Made by a program: the position numbers and the translations under genes
The notes under the pieces: generated by a model
Told to the model about the DNA's origin: nothing
Seen by the model: the letters and a program-made list of their open reading frames with translations, nothing else
Databases searched by the model: none
Part shown: piece by piece, positions 46,402 to 61,467 of the stretch
Layout: the number at the start of each line of letters is the position of its first letter
Numbering within the stretch: the stretch's first letter is position 1
Assembly (NCBI GenBank): GCA_964016885.1
Contig: OZ024740.1
Location: 258,726,001-258,790,000, forward strand
Origin: Eledone cirrhosa
Taxonomy: Eukaryota
Length of the DNA: 64,000 bases
Reading direction: 5' to 3'

Positions 46402-49245
46402 ATCAAAAGATGGTTAAATGAGTTCCATGTATTTTATTATGCGCATTTCAAAAACAAATATCATCATGCAATAACATTTGTGTTTTCATCAGATAAAATA
46501 GGAGGACATGATATGAAGGTTAAAAACACTTGTGGATAGTGCAGTTTTAAATCAACATATGAAAAGTAGTTTTAGATTGATGTGTGATATTGAGGAAAAC
46601 ATTTTTTTTTTTAGGGGGGAGGGAGGTTGGACAGGATGAAAAAGAGAAGGAGATGAGAGTAAAAAGTGGAGGGGGAGGAGTATAATGAGGAAGGAGGAGA
46701 TAGGAGTAGAGATGGGTGATAGAGAGAGAGAGATAGCTTTTAGAACTGAGAAAAATATATTGTTTTACATAGAGAGGTTGAATAACCGTTGGAAGATAAT
46801 GTATAAATTAAAAGAATTTGAAAATTAACGAAGAGAAAAATAATGTAAAGTTAAGGTTTGTATATTGAAGGGTTTAATAATATGTGCGATGAAAAGAAAT
46901 TGTTAATATGTATTAAGAATAATATTTAAGGGTTTAATAATATGTGCGATGGAAAGAAAATGTTGATATGTATTATTCAAAAAAACACAGAAGTAATGTA
47001 AGTAAGGATATATTGTGAGATGAGCATGAATAAGTTAGATGAAAGTGAGAAAAAAATAATGAATAGAGGATGAATAATCTAAGGTAAAAAAAAAAAAAAT
47101 GTTTATGTTTACGAAGGATTTTTTCAAGGTGATATAAAGTAAGAATATAGTGTATGTGTAATAATTGTTTCTATGTTAGGCACAGTGAGAAAAGGTACAG
47201 ATTAGGGGTTAGAAATTAAAAGAAAAAGCAAAAGAAAAGAAAAGGAAAAGGAAGAAAGAGAAGTGATGAATAGGAATGATATAGAATATGATAAATAACT
47301 TTGAAATAAGGTAGAAAGATGGGTATATTTTTAAAGAAGTATATATATATATATATGTGCCTTTGAGAAAAGGATTCTGAATTGATAAAGTTTAGGATAT
47401 TAGCTGTATACTTTATGGAAAGTTCTGTGGAATTTATGCAAGCAGATAGAAAACAAGTCAGTGCGTCTATTTATTATAGAATCTAAATTAGATATAATGG
47501 TAAATGTTTCATTCAGACAGAGATTGCAAGTCTTGGATAGAGAACTGTTCAAGTGTTAAGAAGCAGAGGAAGCCTTCTTCCAAGAGATGTTATATTTAAT
47601 ATTTTTGTCTTTCAAGGACCATATGAGTTCTGAGAGAGCCGTGTTGGTTCTTTTAAGTTTATATTTAAAAGACGAATGATGATTATAAAGACGAGCTTTA
47701 AAGGAGGTGGAAGTGGAGCCAAAATAGGTGAAGGAATTGGTGTCAGTTATAACTTTACATTCGTAAATTAAGTTTTTATCAAGACAATGGTTGTTGAGAG
47801 GGCATTTATTTTTAGCAGGGCAATTGCAATTGCAATTAGAGAGATTATTAACGAGTGACCTAGTGTTATCTATAGAAGGAATTGGATTGGAGAAGTTATT
47901 TGCGATAGGAATAATAGTTTCTTGATTTAGAATGGGATTAAGAACATTTAGCGAAGTTGTGTTTGCCGTTGTATTTGGGTTTGCAGAAATTAGCCTAGGG
48001 TTTACAATGACGTCGGGAGTACTATTACTATTATTATGATATTCAGTGTTGGAAGGAAGAGATTTAGTATTTAGTATTTTATTGTTGTGTTTAGAGATAA
48101 TGTTGGAAATGCTGGAGGATGTCGAATAGGAAAATTTTATAGTGTGTTTGTTAAATATTTTACTATAGATATGTGAGAGAGGGAAGCATTTATTTAAGGC
48201 ACTAAAGAATAATTTAGGAATATTATTATTAATAGAGATGGAGAAAGGAGCATTATACCGGATTATGTTTTTGTATCTAGGTCTTTTATTAAAGTTATTG
48301 GAATGATCATGATTAACTATTCTACTGTAAGATTTTCTAGAATTTGTTTCTTTATTATATTTGATTTTATCAGGATAGCCGGCTTTAGAAAGCGCGTTAT
48401 TATAGTAAATGTCGTTAGCATCGAAGATGTTTTTATTAGAAGATAGGTTAGATATTCTTTTTCCAATATTACTAACTATAGCATTCTTAATATTAGTAGG
48501 GTGGTTAGATTTAAAATTAACATAAAATCTCATTGTTTTTATGGTAAGGGTAATATAGGCCAGTGTCAAGATTAAGAGATACATCCAAGAAATTAGCTAG
48601 TTTGATGCTGTTATCAAATTCAATTTTTAGGTTATGTTGGTTAAAGAGATTACGTATATTGTTCTTAATAATATTAAGGTTAACTATGCTGCAATTTAAG
48701 ATAGTAAAGAGTCCATCGTCACGATAAATTCCACCGCGAAGTTGAGGAATTTTCCGACTCAAAGAGTTCAAAATAAAGATACCAATTAAATCTGTCAATT
48801 GGGATGAATCGGATGCTCCCATTGTGATGTCGAAGTTGTTAGAGGTATCAGCTCTGGTCCAATATTCATTGTTGAACTCAAGGATGGTTTTACGTGCGGT
48901 GAGAATGATGTGAGGTTCATCTGTGGTGATGTCAGAATATTTAAATGCGAAAGATAGAGCATTGTTGAGAAGTGAAGGCGAAATAGAAGAATAGTAGCTG
49001 GCAATATCAAATTGAACAAATTTTAGTTTGTTTTTATTATTCAATTTGTTGAACCAGTCAATCACTTCAGAAGTACCAAACCATAAATTTAAGTTCAAAG
49101 AAGAGCAATTAGAACGAACCTGTGGGATAATTCTATCCAAGATGGCTTTACTAACAACCCCCAGATCTGATTTAGAGGAGGCGATTAATCTAACAGGTAG
49201 TTCAGTGCGAAAATTGTTTTTGTGATCCTTGAGATTTATCCTCGG
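46400..49245 (-). mobile_element. PLE (Naiad-like), 5'-truncated, frameshifted, with about 1-kb 3' region
   Basis: LKDHK, FVQFDIASYY, TMGA, IYRDDG, FLDVSL, CNC...CPL...CL, LIY...YFG, CNLC. HHR near the 3' end. Confidence 0.95.
46429..46500 (-). ncRNA. Minimal hammerhead ribozyme
   Basis: tattttat CTGATGA [long stem II] GAAAT GCGC ATA ataaaata; perfect 8-bp stem I. Confidence 0.85.
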
Positions 49246-49246
49246 A

Positions 49247-50216
49247 ATGAAGAAATCTCCAACAATTAACCGAAACTAACCCTTCGCGTCGGCTGCGACG
49301 GAATATTTATCGAATATTTCGACAGCGTAATCGCCCAGATATACAGTTAATTAAACAGAATTAGGTGTAAAATAAACTAGGAGAAAAGAGAATACATTTA
49401 TTTACCTCTACCAAGGTTTCGTCAGCATTTTGAGATTTCCAATATCTTCGGAAACTCGAGCATCGGACTCTTCAGGAGTTTGCTCTAATCTAGACAATAA
49501 ATTTTCCAAAGTGATCGCGCCAAGAATACATTAAAAAATTGCTAAGAATCGTGACGTAGCAGCGGTCAGGTTGGAAGGAGTGTGGTAGTTGCTTACGGCT
49601 GGTGGCTTTTTGCTAGAAAGCACAGCACAATACAGCCAAATCTGTATCTCAACCTAATGGGAGATTATTACATATAAAGGTTTACATATATATATATATA
49701 TATATATACATATATACATATACATGTTTTGCAACGGGTCACTTTGTGGCTCAATGAAAAGTTAATAAATTAAATGATCAGAGCTATATGTCATAAAACA
49801 TGTCTATAGAATCACCAGATAAAATATATACCATTTCCTCTCCCAATTAGCATAATCAACTATATAAAATATCGAATAGACCAGGCTATAAGAATAAGGC
49901 TTCTATGAAGAAATCTCCAACAAATAACCGAAACTAGCCCTTCGCATCGGCTGCGACGGAATATTTATCGAATATTTCGACAGCGTAATCGCCCAGATAT
50001 ACAGTTAATTAAACAGAATTAGGTGTAAAATAAACTAGGAGAAAATAGAATACATTTATTTATCTCTACCATGGTTTCGTCCGCATTTTGAGATTTCCAA
50101 TATCTTCGGAAACTCGAGCATCGGACTCTTCAGGAGTTTGCTCTAATCTAGACAATAAATTTCCCAAAGTGATCGCGCCAAGAATACATTCAAAAATCGC
50201 TAAGAATCGTGACGTA
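49247..50216 (-). repeat. Direct repeat pair (49247-49558, 49905-50216), each with an HHR
   Basis: Offset 658 bp; 312 bp of shared sequence at high identity. Confidence 0.9.
50063..50138 (-). ncRNA. Hammerhead ribozyme with extended stem II
   Basis: ctc CTGAAGA GTCCG...GAGTTTCCGA agata TTGGAAATCTC...CGGAC GAAAC CATG GTA gag. The copy at 49405-49480 carries two disruptive substitutions. Confidence 0.8.
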
Positions 50217-50253
50217 TATATATATAGGTATATGTATGTGCATATATATATGC

Positions 50254-50325
<72 letters not shown>

Positions 50326-50362
50326 GCATATATATATGCACATACATATATATATACATATA

Positions 50363-50440
<78 letters not shown>

Positions 50441-50457
50441 CATACATATACGAAGAT

Positions 50458-53400
50458 AATAAATGGAAACTATATTTATAAAACCATATTTATTTTATTA
50501 TATATATTTCAAGGGCGACCAAGCCCATCTTGGTGCGCTTTCATCAGATAAAATACAAAATTTGTTTTATAAATAACGACATACCCATGGAAATCACACC
50601 TTAACGGTTCGAAATTCGCTGGATACTGGTAACTTATTAGGGGTAATTCAAAGTTATGTGTGAATATTCAAATGAATGTATGAAAAATTGAAAAAACAAC
50701 CGTTTATTTAAATTACGCTGTGGAAGAATGAGAAGAAAGAGAGAGCGAAAAAATTACTGTTATGAGATATAGAGAGAGATAGAGAGAAGAGAGAAATTTA
50801 ACAGAGGATGAACTCATGTAACGTAAATAAGTCTTTAGTTTATATTAATGTTATGTATATTTACTAATTATTTTGTTGTTAGAATACTAATATAATACAA
50901 TATAATATTTACTTTTATAAGTATATAGAAAAAATAGTTATATATAAAAAATAAATATATATAAAAAATAAGAATATATATTTAAAAGTAAATTGAGAAT
51001 GAATAGATATAAAGTAGAAAATAGATAGAAGAATATGAGTGGATATATGGGTATATCCTGTTATAGATAATTGTTTTAATAAGTTATGAGGGATACTGTT
51101 TTATATTTAGTGTAAGTAATTAAGTTAACTGAGTTAATATGAATATTTATATGTTTTTAATATTTTATATTGGGAAGATACTGAAAATCCCAATTTTGTT
51201 TATTTATTAGTTAGTATGAGACCATTTTGACGAAGATATAAGTGTTGAAAGATATATTTAGCCAGAATTAGTTATTGGTTATAACACTAATATTAAATAT
51301 TAAAAAATATTAAAAAATATTAAAAAATATTAAAAAATATTTTATAAAAATATTAAAAGTTCTGGAAAAAATTCTCGAAAAAATTTCTGGAAAAATTAAA
51401 AAAAAATGTTTAAGAATCTCAAAAGATACTCGAAAACCCCCTTTAAAAAACCCCAATAATAATTAAACTATTTAAAATGTTTAAAATTATTTTTAAATAT
51501 TTAAGAAAATGTTCAAATCTTTAAACAAAATAATTTTTTAAGAAATAAGTAATTTTTAAAAAAATAAGTAATTTTTAAATAAATGAGATATTTTGGAAGT
51601 AAAAATAAAGAATGAAAGATTTAAGCAGTAAAGAATAAAGATGTAAAAAATATTAAGCAGTAAAGAATAAAGATTTAAGAAATAAAAAATATTAAAATTA
51701 AAGTTAAAATTAAAATTTTAAAAATTTATGATCATATATGTATATAATTATTTCTACGTTTGGCACAAGGCCAGCCATATATGTATATAATATAAGAAAT
51801 TTTAATAAGTGAAATTATAGGCATTGGAATATAGCGAACAATATGTAGAAAAATTATAAGTGTAATTATATTTTGTATATATTTTTAAAAGTTGAATTTA
51901 GGCGATATTTACAAGAACTAAATAAATTCATACGTATATTAATAGAGTTCTTACATTTAAGTATGAAGAAAATGTGCTCAACACACAATTTACAAAATCT
52001 AGATAAAGCTGTGTTTCTGTAGGCAGGTGTTTTTAAATTACATCCCAAGTTAAAGAATAGTCTGCATTTTTAGATTTTAAGTTCCATATCAGGTTTGTAG
52101 AGAAGTTGAAGATTTGTTACCAATATTATTAAACGAGCATTTGTGATTATTGAAACGAGATTTGAAGTCTGTAGAAGTTGAACCTACATAGTTAAATATA
52201 TGATCATTGGTTTTGACAGTGCATTTATAGACCACATCTTTATCTAAGCATTTATTTTTTAAAGGACAGTTTGATTTAATTCTACAATTACATTTAGCAG
52301 AGTTGGTGTTATTCGGAACGGTATTATTATGTTGGATATTGCTAGAGGTATTAGTGGAATTTTGGTTATGGTTTATATTTCTATTATTGATTCTATTTAT
52401 ATTTTGTGCTAAGTTAATAGTAGTAGAGTAAGATAGTTTTATTGTATGTCTGCTAAAGATTGAATGGTATCTATGAGCTTTGGGAAAACATTTATCTAGA
52501 GCTTTAAAAAATAGTTTAGCTAAAGGTGTTTTAATACTTAGTGAAAATGGAGGTGCATACCAAATTATATTTCTAGTCCTATGCCTTCTATTAGTATTAG
52601 AGTTTATGTTAGGTTTCTTATTATAATTATAATTAATATTATGGTTATTTGCCTTATCATTGTTTTCGATGTATTTAATCTTATTTATATAGTCTGCTCT
52701 AAATAAAGCTTCATTATAATATTCTGCCTTATCGTCAAATGTGTTTTTATTCGCAGAGATTCGAGAAATACGTTGTTGCACAGAATTTACAATAGTGTTC
52801 TTAATAGATCTAGGATGATTAGAGTTGAAGCTTACATAGTGTAAGTTCTCATTAATTTTATGGAATGGATAGTAGAGCCCTCTATTAAGGTCTCATACTA
52901 ACTAATAAATAAACAAAATTGGGATTTTCAGTATCTTCCCGATTTAAAATATTAAAAACATATAAATATTCATATTAACTCAGTTTTAATTACTTACACT
53001 AAATGTAAACCAGTATCCCTCATAACTTATTAAAACAATTATCTATAACAGAATATACCCATATATCCCTCATATATCTATTCTTCTATCTATATTTTTC
53101 TATCTATTTTCTTTATATCTATTTATTCTCAATTTATTTTTAAATATATATTCTTATTTTTTATATATATTTATTTTTTATATATATATTTTTTTTCTAT
53201 ATACTTATAAAAGTAAATATTATTATATTAGTATTCTAACAACAAAATAATTAGTAAATATACATAACATTAATATAAACTTAAGACTTATTTACGTTAC
53301 ATGAGTTCATCCTCTGTTAAATTTCTCTCTTCTCTCTATCTCTCTCTATATCTCATAACAGTAATTTTTTCGCTCTCTCTTATTTTTTAATATTTTTTAA

Positions 53401-54270
53401 TATTTTTTAATATTTTTTAATATTTAATATTAGTGTTATAACCAATAACTAATTCTGGCTAAATATATCTTTCAACACTTATATCTTCGTCAAAATGGTC
53501 TCATACTAACTAATAAATAAACAAAATTGGGATTTTCAGTATCTTCCCAATATAAAATATTAAAAACATATAAATATTCATATTAACTCAGTTAACTTAA
53601 TTACTTACACTAAATATAAAACAGTATCCCTCATAACTTATTAAAACAATTATCTATAACAGGATATACCCATATATCCACTCATATTCTTCTATCTATT
53701 TTCTACTTTATATCTATTCATTCTCAATTTACTTTTAAATATATATTCTTATTTTTTATATATATTTATTTTTTATATATAACTATTTTTTCTATATACT
53801 TATAAAAGTAAATATTATATTGTATTATATTAGTATTCTAACAACAAAATAATTAGTAAATATACATAACATTAATATAAACTAAAGACTTATTTACGTT
53901 ACATGAGTTCATCCTCTGTTAAATTTCTCTCTTCTCTCTATCTCTCTCTATATCTCATAACAGTAATTTTTTCGCTCTCTCTTTCTTCTCATTCTTCCAC
54001 AGCGTAATTTAAATAAACGGTTGTTTTTTCAATTTTTCATACATTCATTTGAATATTCACACATAACTTTGAATTACCCCTAATAAGTTACCAGTATCCA
54101 GCGAATTTCGAACCGTTAAGGTGTGATTTCCATGGGTATGTCGTTATTTATAAAACAAATTTTGTATTTTACCTGATGAAAGCGCACCAAGATGGGCTTG
54201 GTCGCCCTTGAAATATATATATAATAAAATAAATATGGTTTTATAAATATAGTTTCCATTTATTATTATC
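50458..54270 (-). mobile_element. 5'-truncated Naiad-like PLE (coding remnant 52890 to 51866) with inverted pseudo-LTRs
   Basis: ORF 52089-52781 has CNCRIKSNCPLKNKCL, VVY...YVG. 53385-54270 is the reverse complement of about 50458-51340, and 52888-53380 is an extra, more diverged partial copy. HHRs at 50490-50556 (-) and 54165-54232 (+). Confidence 0.93.
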
Positions 54271-54454
54271 TTGGAATATTTACTCCAGTAACTTGTTGAG
54301 TGGTCTATATAAGTTATAAACATTTATGGTTGTCGGAATTCCAACAAATTAAATATAACTCCTACATAAATACATACATATATACATATATACAGGCATA
54401 TACATATATATATACACATATACATATATATACATATATATATACACATATATA

Positions 54455-54494
<40 letters not shown>

Positions 54495-54619
54495 ATAATA
54501 ATAAATTTGAAGACTAAAATTAAGGGTGAAAGCAGCGATTCTTTGCTTAAACTTTAATCGGTTATTTTAATATATATATATATATATATAAGTATATATA
54601 AATATATAAATACATATAA

Positions 54620-54838
54620 AGGATCGATCGACTTTCGTCAAATCGGACCGAGGAAACAATGTTTCCTTCAGTCTTTCCAGTTGGTAGTACTATCTATCGG
54701 TCGCAACTCCAGGTAGAATGAGCAAACTGAAATAAAGTGTCTTGCTCAACGACATAACGCATCGCCTAGTCCAGGAATCGAACTCATGACCCCAAGATTG
54801 TGAATCCAATTCTCTAACCACTCAGCCACACGCCTTCA
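54620..54838 (-). mobile_element. SINE family B variant
   Basis: Near-duplicate of 42172-42390. Confidence 0.85.
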
Positions 54839-54879
54839 TGAGTACAGAGTTAATTATTATAAAATAACAGGAGGCTGAA

Positions 54880-55170
54880 CTGGTGTAATTCCATAGTTTA
54901 TTATACTATGAACATTGACCGGGTTCAGTATGAATTACCGTGACATCATCAGGTAATCGATATTTAACAAAAGAATATAATAGACACAATCCATGGGTCT
55001 GAAAATGCAGAGGGGCGAGAAGGCGGCCAAACATTTAGCAGTTTCCAGTCCGGTTGGCCGCCTTCAAGTCGGCCAACCGGATTGTGTCTATTAAATTTCA
55101 AATACCTGATGATGTCACCGGATTCATGAAATGTTCATAATATAATAAATCTTTAAGGAATTAGACCAGT
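54880..55170. repeat. Imperfect palindrome with HHR-like core in each arm
   Basis: GTGACATCATCAGGTA (about 54940) versus TACCTGATGATGTCAC (about 55103); TAATAGACACAATCC versus GGATTGTGTCTATTA; internal CCGGTTGGCCG...CGGCCAACCGG hairpin. Confidence 0.7.
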
Positions 55171-55389
55171 CCAGCCTCTTGCTATTACATATATATATAC
55201 ATATATATATATATGCATACATATAAACATATATATACATATATGTAAATATATATACATATATATATATGCATATATGTATACATATATATATATATAT
55301 ATGCATATATATATATATTATATATACATATTATATATACATATATTATATATACATATATGTACATATATATATATACATATATATAT

Positions 55390-56600
55390 GTGTAAATTCG
55401 GCATTCTCACGAATTTGTCTTCTTTGTATTGAAGAAATCTTTCATATAATTACCAATCCTGATAATATTATTAACAAAAAAAAGGAAATATTTCATTCTT
55501 GTTTGCATCGTTTCTCCAAAACATTTCGCAATGATGTAATACATTCCTTTTTTTTTGTTTACACAATCAAAATTCATATATACCATATATTTCAACTAAC
55601 ATAACTGTTTAAATATTATATTAATAAACATATACAATAATAGATTATACCACAATACTATACATTTTTACTTAAGAAATATAATTAGTTTCACATTCTT
55701 AAAATATATGTAAAAAATACATATCTATAGATAATTGATCTCCCTTACGTTCATTTATAGATCTATGTATATATATATATATACTTAAATACGATGTATA
55801 TTCACACATAATCACTTGTGTACTGAATAATTATTTATTTTAATTAACGATATAAATTCATGGCTTATAATATACTAAAATACATTATTTTTATCATGTA
55901 AACATTATAATTACATTCATAGTATTAAAATATCTGCTAAAAAATAAATACACTCGTATATATACATGTGTAAATATGATGTATATTCAATCACATAACC
56001 ACATAAATATTGAATTGTTGTAATTGCTTTAACTAACTATATTGAATAATAGCTTATAATTTACTACAATACTTTACATTTCTCATGTAAACATTATAAA
56101 TACATCCATATTCTTAAAATATATATTTAAAAATAAATACGTATAATTATGTGATTCCTTCCAAACTCATGTATATATATTTGTAAGTATAAATCTATAA
56201 CTATTTCTACACTTATTCTACATTAACTTTTTCACACTATAATAACAATCCCATAAACAATATAAACACATTTTTTTCGAAATTTATCAAGCATCTAAAT
56301 TTAACGGCTTTTTTGTTTTTAACATATCCCCATTAACATATATCCCTGGGTTTTGATTCTTTCAATCACTATCTTCATGATGCTTATACCAATAAGTTCA
56401 CATGAAGATATGTCACTACCTTAATACCAAATATTATATTGTATCTGATGAAAGCGTACTTAAATATTAGTACCCTTGAAATACGTATAATAAAATGAAT
56501 ATGGTTTAATAAAGATATTTTCCATTTATTAATATTGTTAATATTAATGATACTCCAGATAAAAACAGTAGAGTGCTTCTAATCTGTTGTAAAATTAACT
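55390..56600 (+). mobile_element. Extreme 3' end of a Naiad-like PLE with HHR
   Basis: [12 protein letters not shown]...IINKKKEIFHSCLHRFSKTF matches the end of the 61468 ORF. CTGATGA aagcgtact..agtaccctt GAAAT ACGT ATA at 56445-56489. Confidence 0.85.
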
Positions 56601-56636
56601 TTGTTGAATAACCAACAAACCATATAACTCATTGTT

Positions 56637-56673
<37 letters not shown>

Positions 56674-56682
56674 TATCTTATG

Positions 56683-56742
<60 letters not shown>

Positions 56743-56949
56743 GTATATATAAATATATAAATATATACACATATATATATATATGCATATACATATATGT
56801 ATACATATATATGTATATATATATATATATGCATATATATATATATATATATATATACATACATATGTATATATATATATATATACATATTATATATATA
56901 TATATATATGTATATATAAATACATATTATATATATACATATATATGTA

Positions 56950-57104
<155 letters not shown>

Positions 57105-57159
57105 ATGTATATATATATAGTTTTGCGAGGTTTTTGATATGAAATTATGTGTCGAAACA

Positions 57160-57450
57160 AATATTGTTATACTTCAGGGACGGTCATATTTGTGTAATAT
57201 TACCAGAATTAATAACAGAACACACTCACTGTTTGGTTGGTTTTCGCTTCTGTGTCTTTTATATCAGTTAATTTAATTTATTCGCTCCTCAATGTTACTA
57301 TTAACTGACCAACGGTCAAAAATACAGGTAAAATATAAACACAAACACATATATATAGTCTAACAAAGTTCTTTCGTTGCACATCTGCAACATCGTCAGT
57401 GGTGCTATTATGTTTCCTCCTGTTGTATCGTATGCCTACGCCATCTTTAT
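57160..57450 (-). mobile_element. Solo pseudo-LTR related to the 39466 palindrome arms, with HHR
   Basis: Shares ATATTGTTATACTT, CAAAGTTCTTTCGT and CCTACGCCAT. Minus strand reads CTGACGA tGTTGCA gatg TGCAAC GAAAGAACTTTG. Confidence 0.75.
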
Positions 57451-57569
57451 TTAGTCTGTTTATTTATTTATTTATTTATTTTTAAATTGTTCTCGGTATG
57501 GTGAACTAACTGTTGTGGCACTACTCATATATATATATATATAATATATATATATAATATATATATTTT

Positions 57570-57925
57570 TTCTAGGGCGGGTAAAATTCCCGAGATCCAT
57601 GGACGAGTTCTCTCCAGCGCTCCCTGTCCCTCATTATCGCTGCCATGTCCTGCGTCTCGTTAGGGCATCAACATACGTTAACCTTGGTCTTCCCCTTCCA
57701 GTGTGTCCATGTAGGGGCTCCCACAGGAGCACTAAGTGCAATGTCAACTCTGGATGTCGGTGAGCATGTCCAGCTAAACTCAGTCTCCTCTGTGTCACTT
57801 TTGAGCTGACTTTTTGGAGGCTCCCATACAGCACTGAGTTTTTCATCCTCAGCGTATGCTGATTAATGTTCAGAGCCATCCTCAGCATTCTCGTGTAGCA
57901 CCCATCCACCATCTGAGTGAGTTTC
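57570..57925 (-). mobile_element. RTE-group LINE 3' end fragment
   Basis: DGCYTRMLRMALNI...RRLSLAGH..RH...LLWEP.HG...RGRP..TYVD.L. Confidence 0.85.
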
Positions 57926-58057
57926 TCAATATATATATATTATATATATAATAAAGTATGTCTCCCTACATGCAAAATGCATATAGGGACACATGTATTA
58001 TTCAGCCGTATGCCAACCGTATCCAACCGTATGCCAATTGTATAAATATATTATATA

Positions 58058-58100
<43 letters not shown>

Positions 58101-58457
58101 TTATACAATATATATATATATATATATATATAACACATATAAATATACATACATGTATATATATATATGTATATATAATAAACAACATAAGGCAATTATT
58201 CCATTTACCAGTGGTTTCTTAAAAGCAAAAGGTTTTGCTTTCAATCCTCAGAATGAAAAATCCTGGTTTGTTTATTGAATATGGATTCTAAAAACAAAAA
58301 TGCAATCTATATGAAAGTGAGGCTGGAAAAGGGAGAAGGAAAGGAAAAATAAAATAAAACTACACATGCAAACACACACAAAAAAACACAAAAGCATACT
58401 TACACACACATACATATATACACATATATATAAATGCACGCATACACACATACAAAT

Positions 58458-58489
<32 letters not shown>

Positions 58490-58554
58490 AGAGCGTACAC
58501 CTACACACACATACACATATATACACACACATACACATACATATATTCATACAT

Positions 58555-58597
<43 letters not shown>

Positions 58598-58640
58598 TAC
58601 ACACACACATATATATACACATATACATATCCACATATAC

Positions 58641-58687
<47 letters not shown>

Positions 58688-59699
58688 TACACATATACAC
58701 ACACACACATGTGTGTGTACAAGCATACACATACACACACACATATATATATATACACACACATACATACATTCACACAAACATACAACGTACATACATA
58801 CACATACATGAATGCACTCCACTACATATTAACACACGCAAATAAATATAAGAAAAAAATATATAAATATATATTAAAATATTAAAAAAATAATGAATAA
58901 AACAATGAAACAGTTCCTTATATTAAACAAAAAAAGTTCATTATTTAACGATCGTTTCTAGGATATATATGTGTTAGAATTGGCATGCATATTCAACAGA
59001 TCTATGTACAAAATTATACAAAATTATACAAACTATCAAGATTAAATATACATACCAAACACACATATATGCCGTCTTCAGAAATAATGAAATATATTTA
59101 TTGATAATAACAACAATTCAAAATTTCAGGTCCGTTTGGGAACGGAGTTCAAATTGACCAATGAAAATACAAAAAATTTTATGCAGTTTGGTGTGTGTAT
59201 ATACATGTAATTAAGTTCATACACATATTTATACAAAGATATATGCTCACATGCATACGCATGCCAAAAAGATGTATGCAAATACAAAAATTCAAGGCTA
59301 ATGTCTCTGTAAGTTTATAATCCACAGATAAAATGCGTATAGACACATAAATATGAAATAAATGTATACACATATTCACATACTCACACATATCCGTACA
59401 CTCACACACACACGCGCGCATATGCATAAACATACACATAACTACGAACATACATACACCCCCACACCCCCACACACATTTATATATGTGTGGATATAGT
59501 ATTATCATAAGCACATGGACACTAATGCACGCACATAAGCACTGCCACACACATTTAGATCGAGACACAGAAATTAGGTGGGAGGGGGGGAGGTCAGTAT
59601 TCAACGGTTTCGGCAGACTGCTTATTTATAGATGTATCTATAAACTTAGAAATAAAAATAAAATAAAAGAAAAAGAAAAAAGAAAAAAGAAATATATCA

Positions 59700-61450
<1,751 letters not shown>

Positions 61451-61467
61451 CATACATCCTTATTTGC

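Noticed and set aside
49247-49558. Shared length of 312 bp equal to the period of the 44266 array
   Set aside because: Here 312 is the overlap between two truncated copies spaced 658 bp apart; probably coincidence.
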